A stretch of DNA of 15,336 bases from Myxococcales bacterium (GTDB taxonomy: Bacteria > Myxococcota_A > UBA9042 > JABWCM01 > BTVJ01): contig BTVJ01000130.1 of NCBI GenBank assembly GCA_045863395.1, forward strand, positions 1 to 15,336, given 5' to 3'. Both the position numbers and the translations under genes were made by a program. The notes under the pieces were generated by a model. It was not told the DNA's origin, searched no databases, and saw only the letters and a list, made by a program, of their open reading frames with translations. This document shows positions 8,815-15,336 of the stretch, piece after piece. The first letter of the stretch is position 1. Each line of letters opens with the position of its first letter.

Positions 8815-10268
8815 GTCTCCTCCTGCGCCGGGATGTCCACCTCGAACCGGGCCCCCACGGGCGACGAGCGGAACCGGACCGCGCCCCCGTGCTCCGTCAC
8901 GATGCTCTTGACCACCGAGAGGCCCAACCCCGTGCCCCCCTCTGCGGCGCGGGTCGTGAAGAACGGCTCGAACAGGCGCTCCTGCATGTCGTCGGGGATG
9001 CCCGGACCCGTGTCCTCCACGGCGATGCGGACCGCCCGCCGCGCGCCACCTGGCCCCTCGACCACGGCGCTCTCCAGCGAGACCCCGACCTCTCCGCCCG
9101 ACGGCGTGACCGCCAGCGCGTTGGAGACCAGGTTGAGCACCACCTGCTGGACCTGGTCGGCGTCCGCCTGCGCGACCAGGCCAGGCTCCGCGTCGAGGCG
9201 GACGTAGACACCCCGGCGCCGCGCGTCGTACTGCACCAGGTCCAGGACCTCACGCACGGGCCCCTCCAGCGCCACCGGGCCGATGACCGCGGGCCGCCGC
9301 CTCGCGTAGCTCAGGAGCTGCTGCACGATGCGCCCGATGCGCTCCACCTGCGCCACGAGGATCGCGGAGGTTGCCCTCACGCGCGCCGGGTCCTCGGCGG
9401 CACCATCCAGCATGCGCGCCCGGCCCCCGAGCACCTGGAGTGGCGACCCGATCTCGTGGGCGAGCCCCGCCGAGAGCTGCCCGATGGCGATCAGCTTGTC
9501 CGCCTGCTGGAGGGCCCGATCGAAGCGGAGCCTCGCGTCCGCCGCCTCCGAGAGCTGCAGGCGCGCCGCCACGAGCTCGTCCAGCATCGCGTTGAACTCG
9601 CGGGCCACCTCCCCCACCTCGTCCCGGCGGCGGGCGACCAGCTCGGCGCCCAGGTCTCCCCCCCGCACGCGGCGCATGGCGTGGACGAGGCGCGCTAGCG
9701 GGCGGCCGATGAGGACGGTCCCCACCAGCAGCCCCACCGAGGCGGCCACGACCACGAAGAGCGCCACAGTGGTGGCCACCGCGCGGCGGGTGGAGGCCAC
9801 GTCCGCCTGCAGGGAGGCGAGGGGCGTCGACACCACCAGCGCGCCGAGGGTGCCGCCCCGGTCATCGAGGAGCGGCAGCCCCAGAGCGAGGCGGGGCGGC
9901 TCGGTGTCCAGCTCCCAGGAGTGTGCGCCCCCCCGCTGGACGGCAGCCAGGGCGCGGCCCGACGCGGCCGTGGCCAGCGCGCCCGACGATGCGGCGACCA
10001 GCTCCCCCGCGGGACCGTGCAGGAAGACATCCACCAGAGGATCGACCCGCTCCAGCAGCTCCAGCGTCTCGGTCACATCCTGGAGCTGGCGGTCGCGCAG
10101 CGCGTTCTCGACGGCAACCTGCAGGGTCCGCCCCAGGAGCCCCAGCTCTCGCCGCAGCGCTGCCTCCAGCTCCTGGCGCTCGGACGCGACGAGCCACAGC
10201 CCGTAGCTGCCGAAGAGCACCAGGCCGGCGAGGGCGATGGCGCCGGAGATCTTCAGGGAGATGCGCAC
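8811..10268 (-). CDS. Membrane sensor histidine kinase (2 TM, HAMP, HisKA, HATPase), 485 aa
   Basis: GTG start with GGAG upstream. Two hydrophobic helices flank an extracytoplasmic domain. HAMP RPLARL...DEVGEVAREFNAM, H-box LAHEIGSPL, N-box QVVLNLVSNA, EDTGPG, FEPFFTT and GTGLGL. Confidence 0.95.
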   Translation of the reverse strand: MRISLKISGAIALAGLVLFGSYGLWLVASERQELEAALRRELGLLGRTLQVAVENALRDRQLQDVTETLELLERVDPLVDVFLHGPAGELVAASSGALATAASGRALAAVQRGGAHSWELDTEPPRLALGLPLLDDRGGTLGALVVSTPLASLQADVASTRRAVATTVALFVVVAASVGLLVGTVLIGRPLARLVHAMRRVRGGDLGAELVARRRDEVGEVAREFNAMLDELVAARLQLSEAADARLRFDRALQQADKLIAIGQLSAGLAHEIGSPLQVLGGRARMLDGAAEDPARVRATSAILVAQVERIGRIVQQLLSYARRRPAVIGPVALEGPVREVLDLVQYDARRRGVYVRLDAEPGLVAQADADQVQQVVLNLVSNALAVTPSGGEVGVSLESAVVEGPGGARRAVRIAVEDTGPGIPDDMQERLFEPFFTTRAAEGGTGLGLSVVKSIVTEHGGAVRFRSSPVGARFEVDIPAQEET

Positions 10269-10280
10269 CCGCCGCTCCAG

Positions 10281-10321
10281 TGTGACAGAAATGTCGACAC
10301 CATGGCAGAAATGCAGTCACA
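10281..10321. promoter_or_regulatory. Putative upstream activator sequences (bEBP binding sites)
   Basis: CAGAAATG is repeated at 10286-10293 and 10306-10313 (20-bp period), each copy at the centre of a dyad (GACA-GAAA-TGTC, GCA-GAAA-TGC). The block is bracketed by TGTGAC/GTCACA and lies about 105-145 bp upstream of the -24 box. Confidence 0.65.
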
Positions 10322-10426
10322 GATCCAGTCATGCTGCCCCCTCCCCGGCGCATCGGAATGCTCGTCCTGAGCACAACCATCCAGGATTCCTCGAATTCTG
10401 CGGCGGACGCGCCAAGCCACCGCGCC

Positions 10427-10442
10427 TGGCACGGGGCTTGCG
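10427..10442 (+). promoter_or_regulatory. Sigma54 (-24/-12) promoter
   Basis: TGGCACG-GGGC-TTGCG matches TGGCACG-N4-TTGC(W) with correct GG-N10-GC spacing. Predicted start near 10453. A bEBP is encoded divergently. Confidence 0.88.
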
Positions 10443-10584
10443 AACGGGACCGCCGCCCCGCAGGGCCGGTAGGTGCCCTTGGCTCGTCGCGCGCTCGGTG
10501 GCCGCATTCTCCTTCGTGCGGGGAGCGCGCGGCGTGGGACGTCCGGCGCCGGCGGGGCACCAAGCATGAGCTCGGAGGCGCTCC

Positions 10585-10887
10585 ATGGTGAGGATCCTGC
10601 TCGTCGCCGGCATGGCCGCGACCCTGACGCACCCGGCAACGACCCGGGCAGCCTCTGTCCCGAGCGGCTGGTCCTGCGTGCAATGCACACATACCCTCGC
10701 CTCCGCGGGAGGACTCACGGAGCTCACCGAGACCGCGCCCCTGGACGCAGCATCCGGTGGCCCCACCACCGAGGCGTCCCTCACCACGGGCCGCTCCCCC
10801 CGGTTCTGGCTGGTGCTCGGCGCCGGGGTCCTGGGTCTGCTGCTGGTCGTAGGCCTGACCTGGCTCCGGTGGGAGGACCGCTCGTGA
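10585..10887 (+). CDS. Small hypothetical membrane-anchored protein with a CxxC motif, 100 aa
   Basis: GGAGG 6 nt before the ATG. Signal-like N-terminus, CVQCTH (10675-10692), Thr/Ala/Ser linker and C-terminal TM (FWLVLGAGVLGLLLVVGLTWL). The stop overlaps the next start (GTGA). Confidence 0.7.
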   Translation: MVRILLVAGMAATLTHPATTRAASVPSGWSCVQCTHTLASAGGLTELTETAPLDAASGGPTTEASLTTGRSPRFWLVLGAGVLGLLLVVGLTWLRWEDRS

Positions 10888-11426
10888 CCTTCCCGACAGC
10901 CGGTCACCGAGTTTTGGCCGCCGCGCTGTGGGCCCTGACCCTCTGGGGCGCCGCCGAGGCCCGCGAGCCGGAGATGATCCCCGAGGAGGAGCCGGACCTG
11001 ATCGGCCGCACCGCACCCGAGATCGAGGCGCCGCTGCTGGACGGCGGGCAGTTTCGCCTCAGCGAGCACCGGGGCACCCCGACGGTGATCTCCTTCTTCG
11101 CGAGCTGGTGCACCCCGTGCCGCCACGAGCTGCCGGCACTGGCGGCCATGCTCCGGGCCAGGGGTGACGTGCGCGTGGTCGCGGTCAACGTGGACAAGGA
11201 GCGGGCGGCCGCCGAGCGCTTCCTCCGGTCCCTGAGCGGCAGCGTGGAGGGCCTCCCGGTCGCCCTCGACGCCCACGCGGTCTCCCTGGGAGCCTACCGG
11301 GTCCTGAGCATGCCGACCCTGTTCCTGGTCGACGCACACGGCACCGTCAAGTTCCGCCGGGTGGGCTTCAGCCAGACCAAGGCCCTGAGCGAGCTGGAGG
11401 CTGCCATCGAGGAGCTTGCACGATGA
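10884..11426 (+). CDS. TlpA/ResA/DsbE-family exported thiol-disulfide oxidoreductase, about 180 aa
   Basis: GTG 10884 in a GTGA overlap. Signal-like segment ending AEA. Motifs IGRTAPEIEAPLLDG, LSEHRG, VISFFASWCTPCRHELP, VAVNVD and YRVLSMPTLFLVDAHG. The ORF-track extension back to 10473 looks non-coding. Confidence 0.92.
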   Translation: MTFPTAGHRVLAAALWALTLWGAAEAREPEMIPEEEPDLIGRTAPEIEAPLLDGGQFRLSEHRGTPTVISFFASWCTPCRHELPALAAMLRARGDVRVVAVNVDKERAAAERFLRSLSGSVEGLPVALDAHAVSLGAYRVLSMPTLFLVDAHGTVKFRRVGFSQTKALSELEAAIEELAR

Positions 11427-13291
11427 GCGCACAGACCCGCCGGTGGCCCCTGGCGCTGCTGCTCCCCCTGGTGCTGGCCGGCGCGGGCGTCGGCGGGCTC
11501 CTGACGTGGCACCACGAGCGCGAGCTCTACGGGGGCGCCGAGTCGCAGGACGGGCTCATCGGGTGCGAAGAGTCGGCGACCGTGAGCTGCGACCTCGTCA
11601 ACACCAGCGAGCACTCCGAGATCCTCGGCGTGCCCATCGCGACCCTCGCCATCCCGGTGTATCTGCTGGCGGCGATCCTGTGCCTGGGCGCCCTGCGAGG
11701 GCGCGCGGGGACCCTGCCCCTGCTGGCGGCCATGGGGGCTGGCGCGACCGCATACTCCGCGTTCCTGTTCTATGTCTCCGCCGTGCAGCTCGGCTACGTG
11801 TGCGCCTGGTGCCTGCGCCTGTACGGGGTCAACGCGGCGATGCTCGCCCTGCCGCTGCTCGCCGGGTCCCTGCGGGCGCCGCGCCCGACCCGTCGCACCA
11901 TCGCGCTGACCGCCGTGACCTTCGTGCTGCTCGGCACGGTCGCCGTCGCAGGCCAGCGAACCTACCGCGCGACCCTCTTGGAGCAGCGACCGCCGGAGCT
12001 GACCGCCGTGCGCATCGCCCCCCTCCCGGAGCGGGTGGAGTCGGCTCCGGCACCCGACCCCGCGGGGCCACCGCCGGTGTCCGAGGTAGTCCTGGCCGGC
12101 GACGAGGGAGAGCTGCGACTTCCCATCTCCCCGGACGACCCGTGGCGGGGCAACCGCTCCGCCACCGTGACGGTGGTCGAGTTCGCCGACCTCCAGTGCG
12201 GCTACTGCAAGCGCGCCGCGGCCCAGCTCGACCGCCTGTACGCGGCCTACGCAGACAGGGTCCTCTTCGTGTTCAAGCACTTCCCCATGGACCCGGCGTG
12301 CAACCCGGGCGTCAAGAACCGCCTGCACGGCAAGGCGTGCGTCGCGGCCAAGGCGTCGGTGTGCGCGCAGCAGCAGGGCCGCTTCTGGGACTTCTCCCAC
12401 CTGACGTTCAAGAACCAGCACGCCCTGGACGCGAAGATCCTGCGCACCTACGCGGAGCGCGTCGGCCTCGACGTCACCTCCTTCGACGCCTGCATGGCGT
12501 CGGACGTCCCCACGCAGCAGATCCGGCGCCACGGAGAGGAGGGGGCGGCGGTGGGCGTCAGAGGGACGCCCCGCATCTACATCGGCGGGCAGCTCTATCG
12601 GAGCGGGGCCTCGGCCGAGCAGATGGCCATGGCCATCGAGGTCGCCTTGGGCGCGACGGAGGACCAGGCGAGGGTGCTGACGGCCTCCCTCGCGGAGAGA
12701 GACGAGGCGATGGCGCAGGAGGTCCCCGCCGACACGCCCCCACTCCGCACGGTCGCCATCGGGTCCATGCGGTTCCGCATGTTCACCTTCGAGGGGGCGC
12801 TCTCGGAGGACGGCCGCGCAGAGAGCGGCAAGCGCCGGATACCCGCCACCAACATGAGCTGGTACGCCGCCCGCGACGCGTGCGCGGCGGCTGGGCTCCG
12901 CCTGTGCAGCGAGAAGGAGTGGGTGGCTGCCTGCCAAGGGGAGGAGCCCGTGGACGACAACGGCAACGGCGCGTACGCCGACGACATCGTCGAGGGCACG
13001 AGCTACCCCTACGGCGACTACCACGAGCGAGACCGCTGCTGGGACGGCAAGGAGGGCGAGGGGTCCCGCCCCGTCTACACCGGGGAGCTGCCCGCGTGCG
13101 TCTCCACCACGGGAGTCTACGACCTCACGGGGAACGTGGAGGAGTGGGTCGGGCTCACCGAGGGCGAGGCCGTCCTGCTGGGCGGCGCATTCGACACGGC
13201 GAAGGACCACGCGCGGTGTTACCGCCGCAACGACTCCTTCGGCGCCGGGCTCGCCAACCGCCGGACGGGCTTCCGCTGCTGCGGAGACTGA
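11423..13291 (+). CDS. VKOR - DsbA-like thioredoxin - FGE-sulfatase/SUMF1-like fusion protein, 622 aa
   Basis: VKOR: loop cysteines GCEESATVSCDLVNTSEHSEILGVP and CAWC (11801-11812), 5 TM. DsbA-like: VTVVEFADLQCGYC (Cys motif 12197-12208), FKHFP, QGRFW and GVRGTP. FGE/SUMF1-like: PATNMSWYAARDAC, RLCSEKEW, YPYG, GVYDLTGNVEEW, LLGG and GFRCC. Confidence 0.92.
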   Translation: MSAQTRRWPLALLLPLVLAGAGVGGLLTWHHERELYGGAESQDGLIGCEESATVSCDLVNTSEHSEILGVPIATLAIPVYLLAAILCLGALRGRAGTLPLLAAMGAGATAYSAFLFYVSAVQLGYVCAWCLRLYGVNAAMLALPLLAGSLRAPRPTRRTIALTAVTFVLLGTVAVAGQRTYRATLLEQRPPELTAVRIAPLPERVESAPAPDPAGPPPVSEVVLAGDEGELRLPISPDDPWRGNRSATVTVVEFADLQCGYCKRAAAQLDRLYAAYADRVLFVFKHFPMDPACNPGVKNRLHGKACVAAKASVCAQQQGRFWDFSHLTFKNQHALDAKILRTYAERVGLDVTSFDACMASDVPTQQIRRHGEEGAAVGVRGTPRIYIGGQLYRSGASAEQMAMAIEVALGATEDQARVLTASLAERDEAMAQEVPADTPPLRTVAIGSMRFRMFTFEGALSEDGRAESGKRRIPATNMSWYAARDACAAAGLRLCSEKEWVAACQGEEPVDDNGNGAYADDIVEGTSYPYGDYHERDRCWDGKEGEGSRPVYTGELPACVSTTGVYDLTGNVEEWVGLTEGEAVLLGGAFDTAKDHARCYRRNDSFGAGLANRRTGFRCCGD

Positions 13292-13312
13292 CGGCCCCCG
13301 TAACTGCAAAGT

Positions 13313-13341
13313 TTGCGCGCCTCCCCGGCAGTGGGTACCGT
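13313..13341 (+). promoter_or_regulatory. Putative sigma70-type promoter for the MepA-like gene
   Basis: TTGCGC (13313-13318), a 17-nt spacer, then TACCGT (13336-13341), ending 7 nt before ATG 13349. Confidence 0.45.
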
Positions 13342-13348
13342 GGTCCTC

Positions 13349-14740
13349 ATGCTCGCACACCTCGTCGTCGTGACAGCGTCCTGGCTCCAGATCCTGCAAC
13401 CGCCGGTGGTGACCGGCCCCCGCGCGGCCGAGACGCCCGTCCGCCTGGAGCGCGCCTCGGCGACCGTCCCGGTGGAGGCGAGCGTCCTCGGCGCCCTCCC
13501 CCCCCTGCGCCGCGCCCCCGCCCTCGAGGTGGGGCGAGCCTGGGTCGCCGCAAAGGGAGTGCCGGACACGGCGGAGCAGGCGCGCCACGTCGAGGAGCGC
13601 CGGCTCCTGGCCCTGGTCGCCGACGACCTGCTGCCGATCACCACCCTGGGCGACTCCTTCGGCCGCACGCTGCGGCTCCGTGACCGCTGGCGGAACCGCG
13701 GCTGGGCCTCGCCGGAGATGGTCGCCGTCATCGGGCGGGCCGCGGAGCTGCTCGCCGAGCGCATGCCGGGCGTCGTCGTCACCGTGGGAGACATCTCCCA
13801 GGAGGGGGGCGGCCAGATCCCCTACGGCACGCGCGTGCAGATCCTTCGCGACGGCCCCGTCAGGACGCCGGCCACCGATCTCCTCGCCAGGACCCACGTC
13901 CGGTTCGGGCACGTGGAGCGCGTGGAGACCGTGGACCCCCGTGAGGCGTTCCCCATCGAGGCGTCCCGGTTCGCCAGCTTCGAGGACCCGGTCCTCGTAG
14001 ACACCCGCGTCACTGCGGCGTCCGACTGTGAGGGCTGCCCGCTGGAGGCCCGGGTGGAGACGCGGCGCTTCTGGCTGGCCGACCCCAAGGAGGGTAAGCG
14101 CGTCGGGCGGTGGCTCGTCGAGCTGAATCGACAGCTCCGCGGCGCCACGGTGGTGTCCCGTTCCAAGGAGGGTCAGGGGCCCGAGCGCCTGCACCAGGCC
14201 GTGTTCATCCAGGGCGACCGCCAGGTGGAGATCATCGCCCGCCGCAGACCGGCGCCCGGCCTGCGCCTGGCGGACCTGGTGGAGGTGCGCAGGGCGACCT
14301 TGGACCCGAAGAAGCCCGGCGTCGCCATCTCGGAGTCGCGCTTCCTGCCCGAGCAGACCGCGGACGGCACCCGCGTGGTCGTGTGGCGCTCCCTCTACGA
14401 GGCGACGCACGTCTCGCACCTCGCGGGCCGCGACGCGGACATCAGCTACGTGACGACCTCGATCCCCTACCAGTTCACGAAGGAGATCGGCGAGATCGAC
14501 GTCGAGGGCAGCCGCGCCTGGGTCGAGATCCTCGCCGAGGCGGCCTCCGACGTGGGCGCGACGGTCGACGGCATGCTGATCGACCCCCGGGTGCGGTCCC
14601 GCCTGTCCAACGGAATGTCGAAGACACGCAAGGAGCACCCCGCCTGGGGGATGATCCGCAGCTCCCGCGGCCACGACTCCCACATCCACCTGCGCCTCCG
14701 CCCGGGCTTCGCGGCCGTCGCGCGGGCCGCCCAGGACTGA
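13349..14740 (+). CDS. Penicillin-insensitive murein endopeptidase (MepA/M74-like LAS zinc peptidase) with a large internal insertion, about 463 aa
   Basis: RGWASPEMV...VTVGDISQEGGG, HVSHLAGRDAD (HxxH-x6-D, 14408-14440) and GHDSHIHLR (HxH, 14681-14689) match the MepA zinc-ligand pattern. Start uncertain (ATG 13349 or TTG 13313). Confidence 0.8.
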   Translation: MLAHLVVVTASWLQILQPPVVTGPRAAETPVRLERASATVPVEASVLGALPPLRRAPALEVGRAWVAAKGVPDTAEQARHVEERRLLALVADDLLPITTLGDSFGRTLRLRDRWRNRGWASPEMVAVIGRAAELLAERMPGVVVTVGDISQEGGGQIPYGTRVQILRDGPVRTPATDLLARTHVRFGHVERVETVDPREAFPIEASRFASFEDPVLVDTRVTAASDCEGCPLEARVETRRFWLADPKEGKRVGRWLVELNRQLRGATVVSRSKEGQGPERLHQAVFIQGDRQVEIIARRRPAPGLRLADLVEVRRATLDPKKPGVAISESRFLPEQTADGTRVVVWRSLYEATHVSHLAGRDADISYVTTSIPYQFTKEIGEIDVEGSRAWVEILAEAASDVGATVDGMLIDPRVRSRLSNGMSKTRKEHPAWGMIRSSRGHDSHIHLRLRPGFAAVARAAQD

Positions 14741-14742
14741 GC

Positions 14743-14771
14743 TTCCCAGACTCCGCGAGAGGGTGTATCGT
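14743..14771 (+). promoter_or_regulatory. Possible sigma70-type promoter for mscL
   Basis: TTCCCA (14743-14748), a 17-nt spacer, then TATCGT (14766-14771). Confidence 0.3.
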
Positions 14772-14815
14772 CCGCGTCGGCCGCCCGCAGGGCAGGCCGA
14801 AGCGAGGACACACCC
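14761..14815 (+). other. Long imperfect inverted repeat (about 22 bp) directly upstream of the mscL RBS
   Basis: Nested pairings GGGTGT/ACACCC, GTCC/GGAC, GC/GC, TCGGCC/GGCCGA and GCCC/GGGC around a GCA loop. No U-tract follows. AGGGAGG starts at 14816. Confidence 0.6.
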
Positions 14816-14827
14816 AGGGAGGTCGTG

Positions 14828-15286
14828 ATGCTCAAGGAATTCAAGGAGTTCGCGGTCAAGGGGAACGTGGTGGACATGGCGGTCGGCATCATCATCGGTG
14901 CCGCCTTCACCACCATCGTGAAGGCACTCGTGGACGGGATCATCATGCCGCCCATCGGCCTGCTCACGGGCGGTGTGGACTTCTCCGAGCACTTCCTCGT
15001 GCTCAAGGAGGGCGCCAAGGTGGCCGGCCCCTACGCGACGGTCGCCGCAGCCCAGGAGGGCGGGGCCGTGGTCGTGAGCTGGGGCGTGTTCGTCAACGCG
15101 CTGGTGAACTTCACGCTGGTCGCCTTCGCCCTGTTCCTGGTGGTCAAGCAGATCAACCGCCTCCGGCCCGCACCGGCGCCTGCGCCGGCCCCCGTCACCC
15201 GCGAGTGCCCGCACTGCCTGTCTGCCATCTCCAAGAAGGCAACCCGCTGCCCCCACTGCACGTCCGAGGTCGCTCCCGTTGCCTAG
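14828..15286 (+). CDS. mscL: Large-conductance mechanosensitive channel MscL with a C-terminal Cys4 zinc-ribbon-like tail
   Basis: [44 protein letters not shown] and [16 protein letters not shown] 5 nt before ATG 14828. Tail [19 protein letters not shown]. Confidence 0.97.
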   Translation: MLKEFKEFAVKGNVVDMAVGIIIGAAFTTIVKALVDGIIMPPIGLLTGGVDFSEHFLVLKEGAKVAGPYATVAAAQEGGAVVVSWGVFVNALVNFTLVAFALFLVVKQINRLRPAPAPAPAPVTRECPHCLSAISKKATRCPHCTSEVAPVA

Positions 15287-15336
15287 TAGGGCGTCGCCGA
15301 AGTAATGATGCAACCGGGAGGGCCGATCCATCCCCG

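Noticed and set aside
10675..10692. Heme c attachment site in the small protein
   Set aside because: The motif is CxxCxH, not CxxCH, and no cytochrome c maturation genes are nearby.
10473..10883. N-terminal extension of the TlpA ORF to 317 aa
   Set aside because: It is low-complexity, lies over the predicted leader and the better-supported 10585-10887 gene, and GTG 10884 gives a normal signal peptide and overlap.
12770..13291. C-type-lectin/FGE-fold domain as a diversity-generating retroelement target
   Set aside because: No reverse transcriptase and no template-repeat copy of the 3' end were seen in the window.
11294..15331. 1345-aa minus-strand ORF
   Set aside because: It is an antisense shadow of four well-supported plus-strand genes. 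It has no motifs, and long stop-free antisense frames are expected at this GC content.
15287..15336. TAGGGCGTCGCCGAAGTAAT after mscL as a possible IS terminal repeat
   Set aside because: Only 50 nt are visible, with no transposase or partner repeat, so it cannot be supported.
1..15336. CRISPR arrays, tRNA/rRNA genes, integrases or transposases
   Set aside because: None were recognised. The window is almost fully accounted for by protein-coding genes and short spacers.

Overview
Very GC-rich window, compatible with a Myxococcota/deltaproteobacterial-type genome (inference), organised around a divergent control region at about 10270-10585. Minus strand, in order of transcription: HAMP sensor histidine kinase, sigma54-dependent NtrC-family response regulator, then a tightly coupled six-gene hydrogenase-4-like operon (hyfB, hyfC, hyfE, hyfF, large subunit, ferredoxin-fused small subunit). 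The large subunit lacks both NiFe-binding CxxC motifs, so this is an Ehr-type (energy-converting hydrogenase-related) complex rather than a hydrogenase. Plus strand: a near-consensus sigma54 promoter with two upstream enhancer-like repeats precedes three overlapping genes encoding a small CxxC membrane protein, a TlpA-like thioredoxin and an unusual VKOR-DsbA-FGE/SUMF1 three-domain fusion. These are followed by a MepA-like endopeptidase with a ~195-aa insertion in its catalytic domain and by mscL with a C-terminal Cys4 ribbon. The best candidate for a new system is the sigma54-controlled envelope thiol-redox module. All calls come from reading motifs by eye; no searches or folding programs were run.
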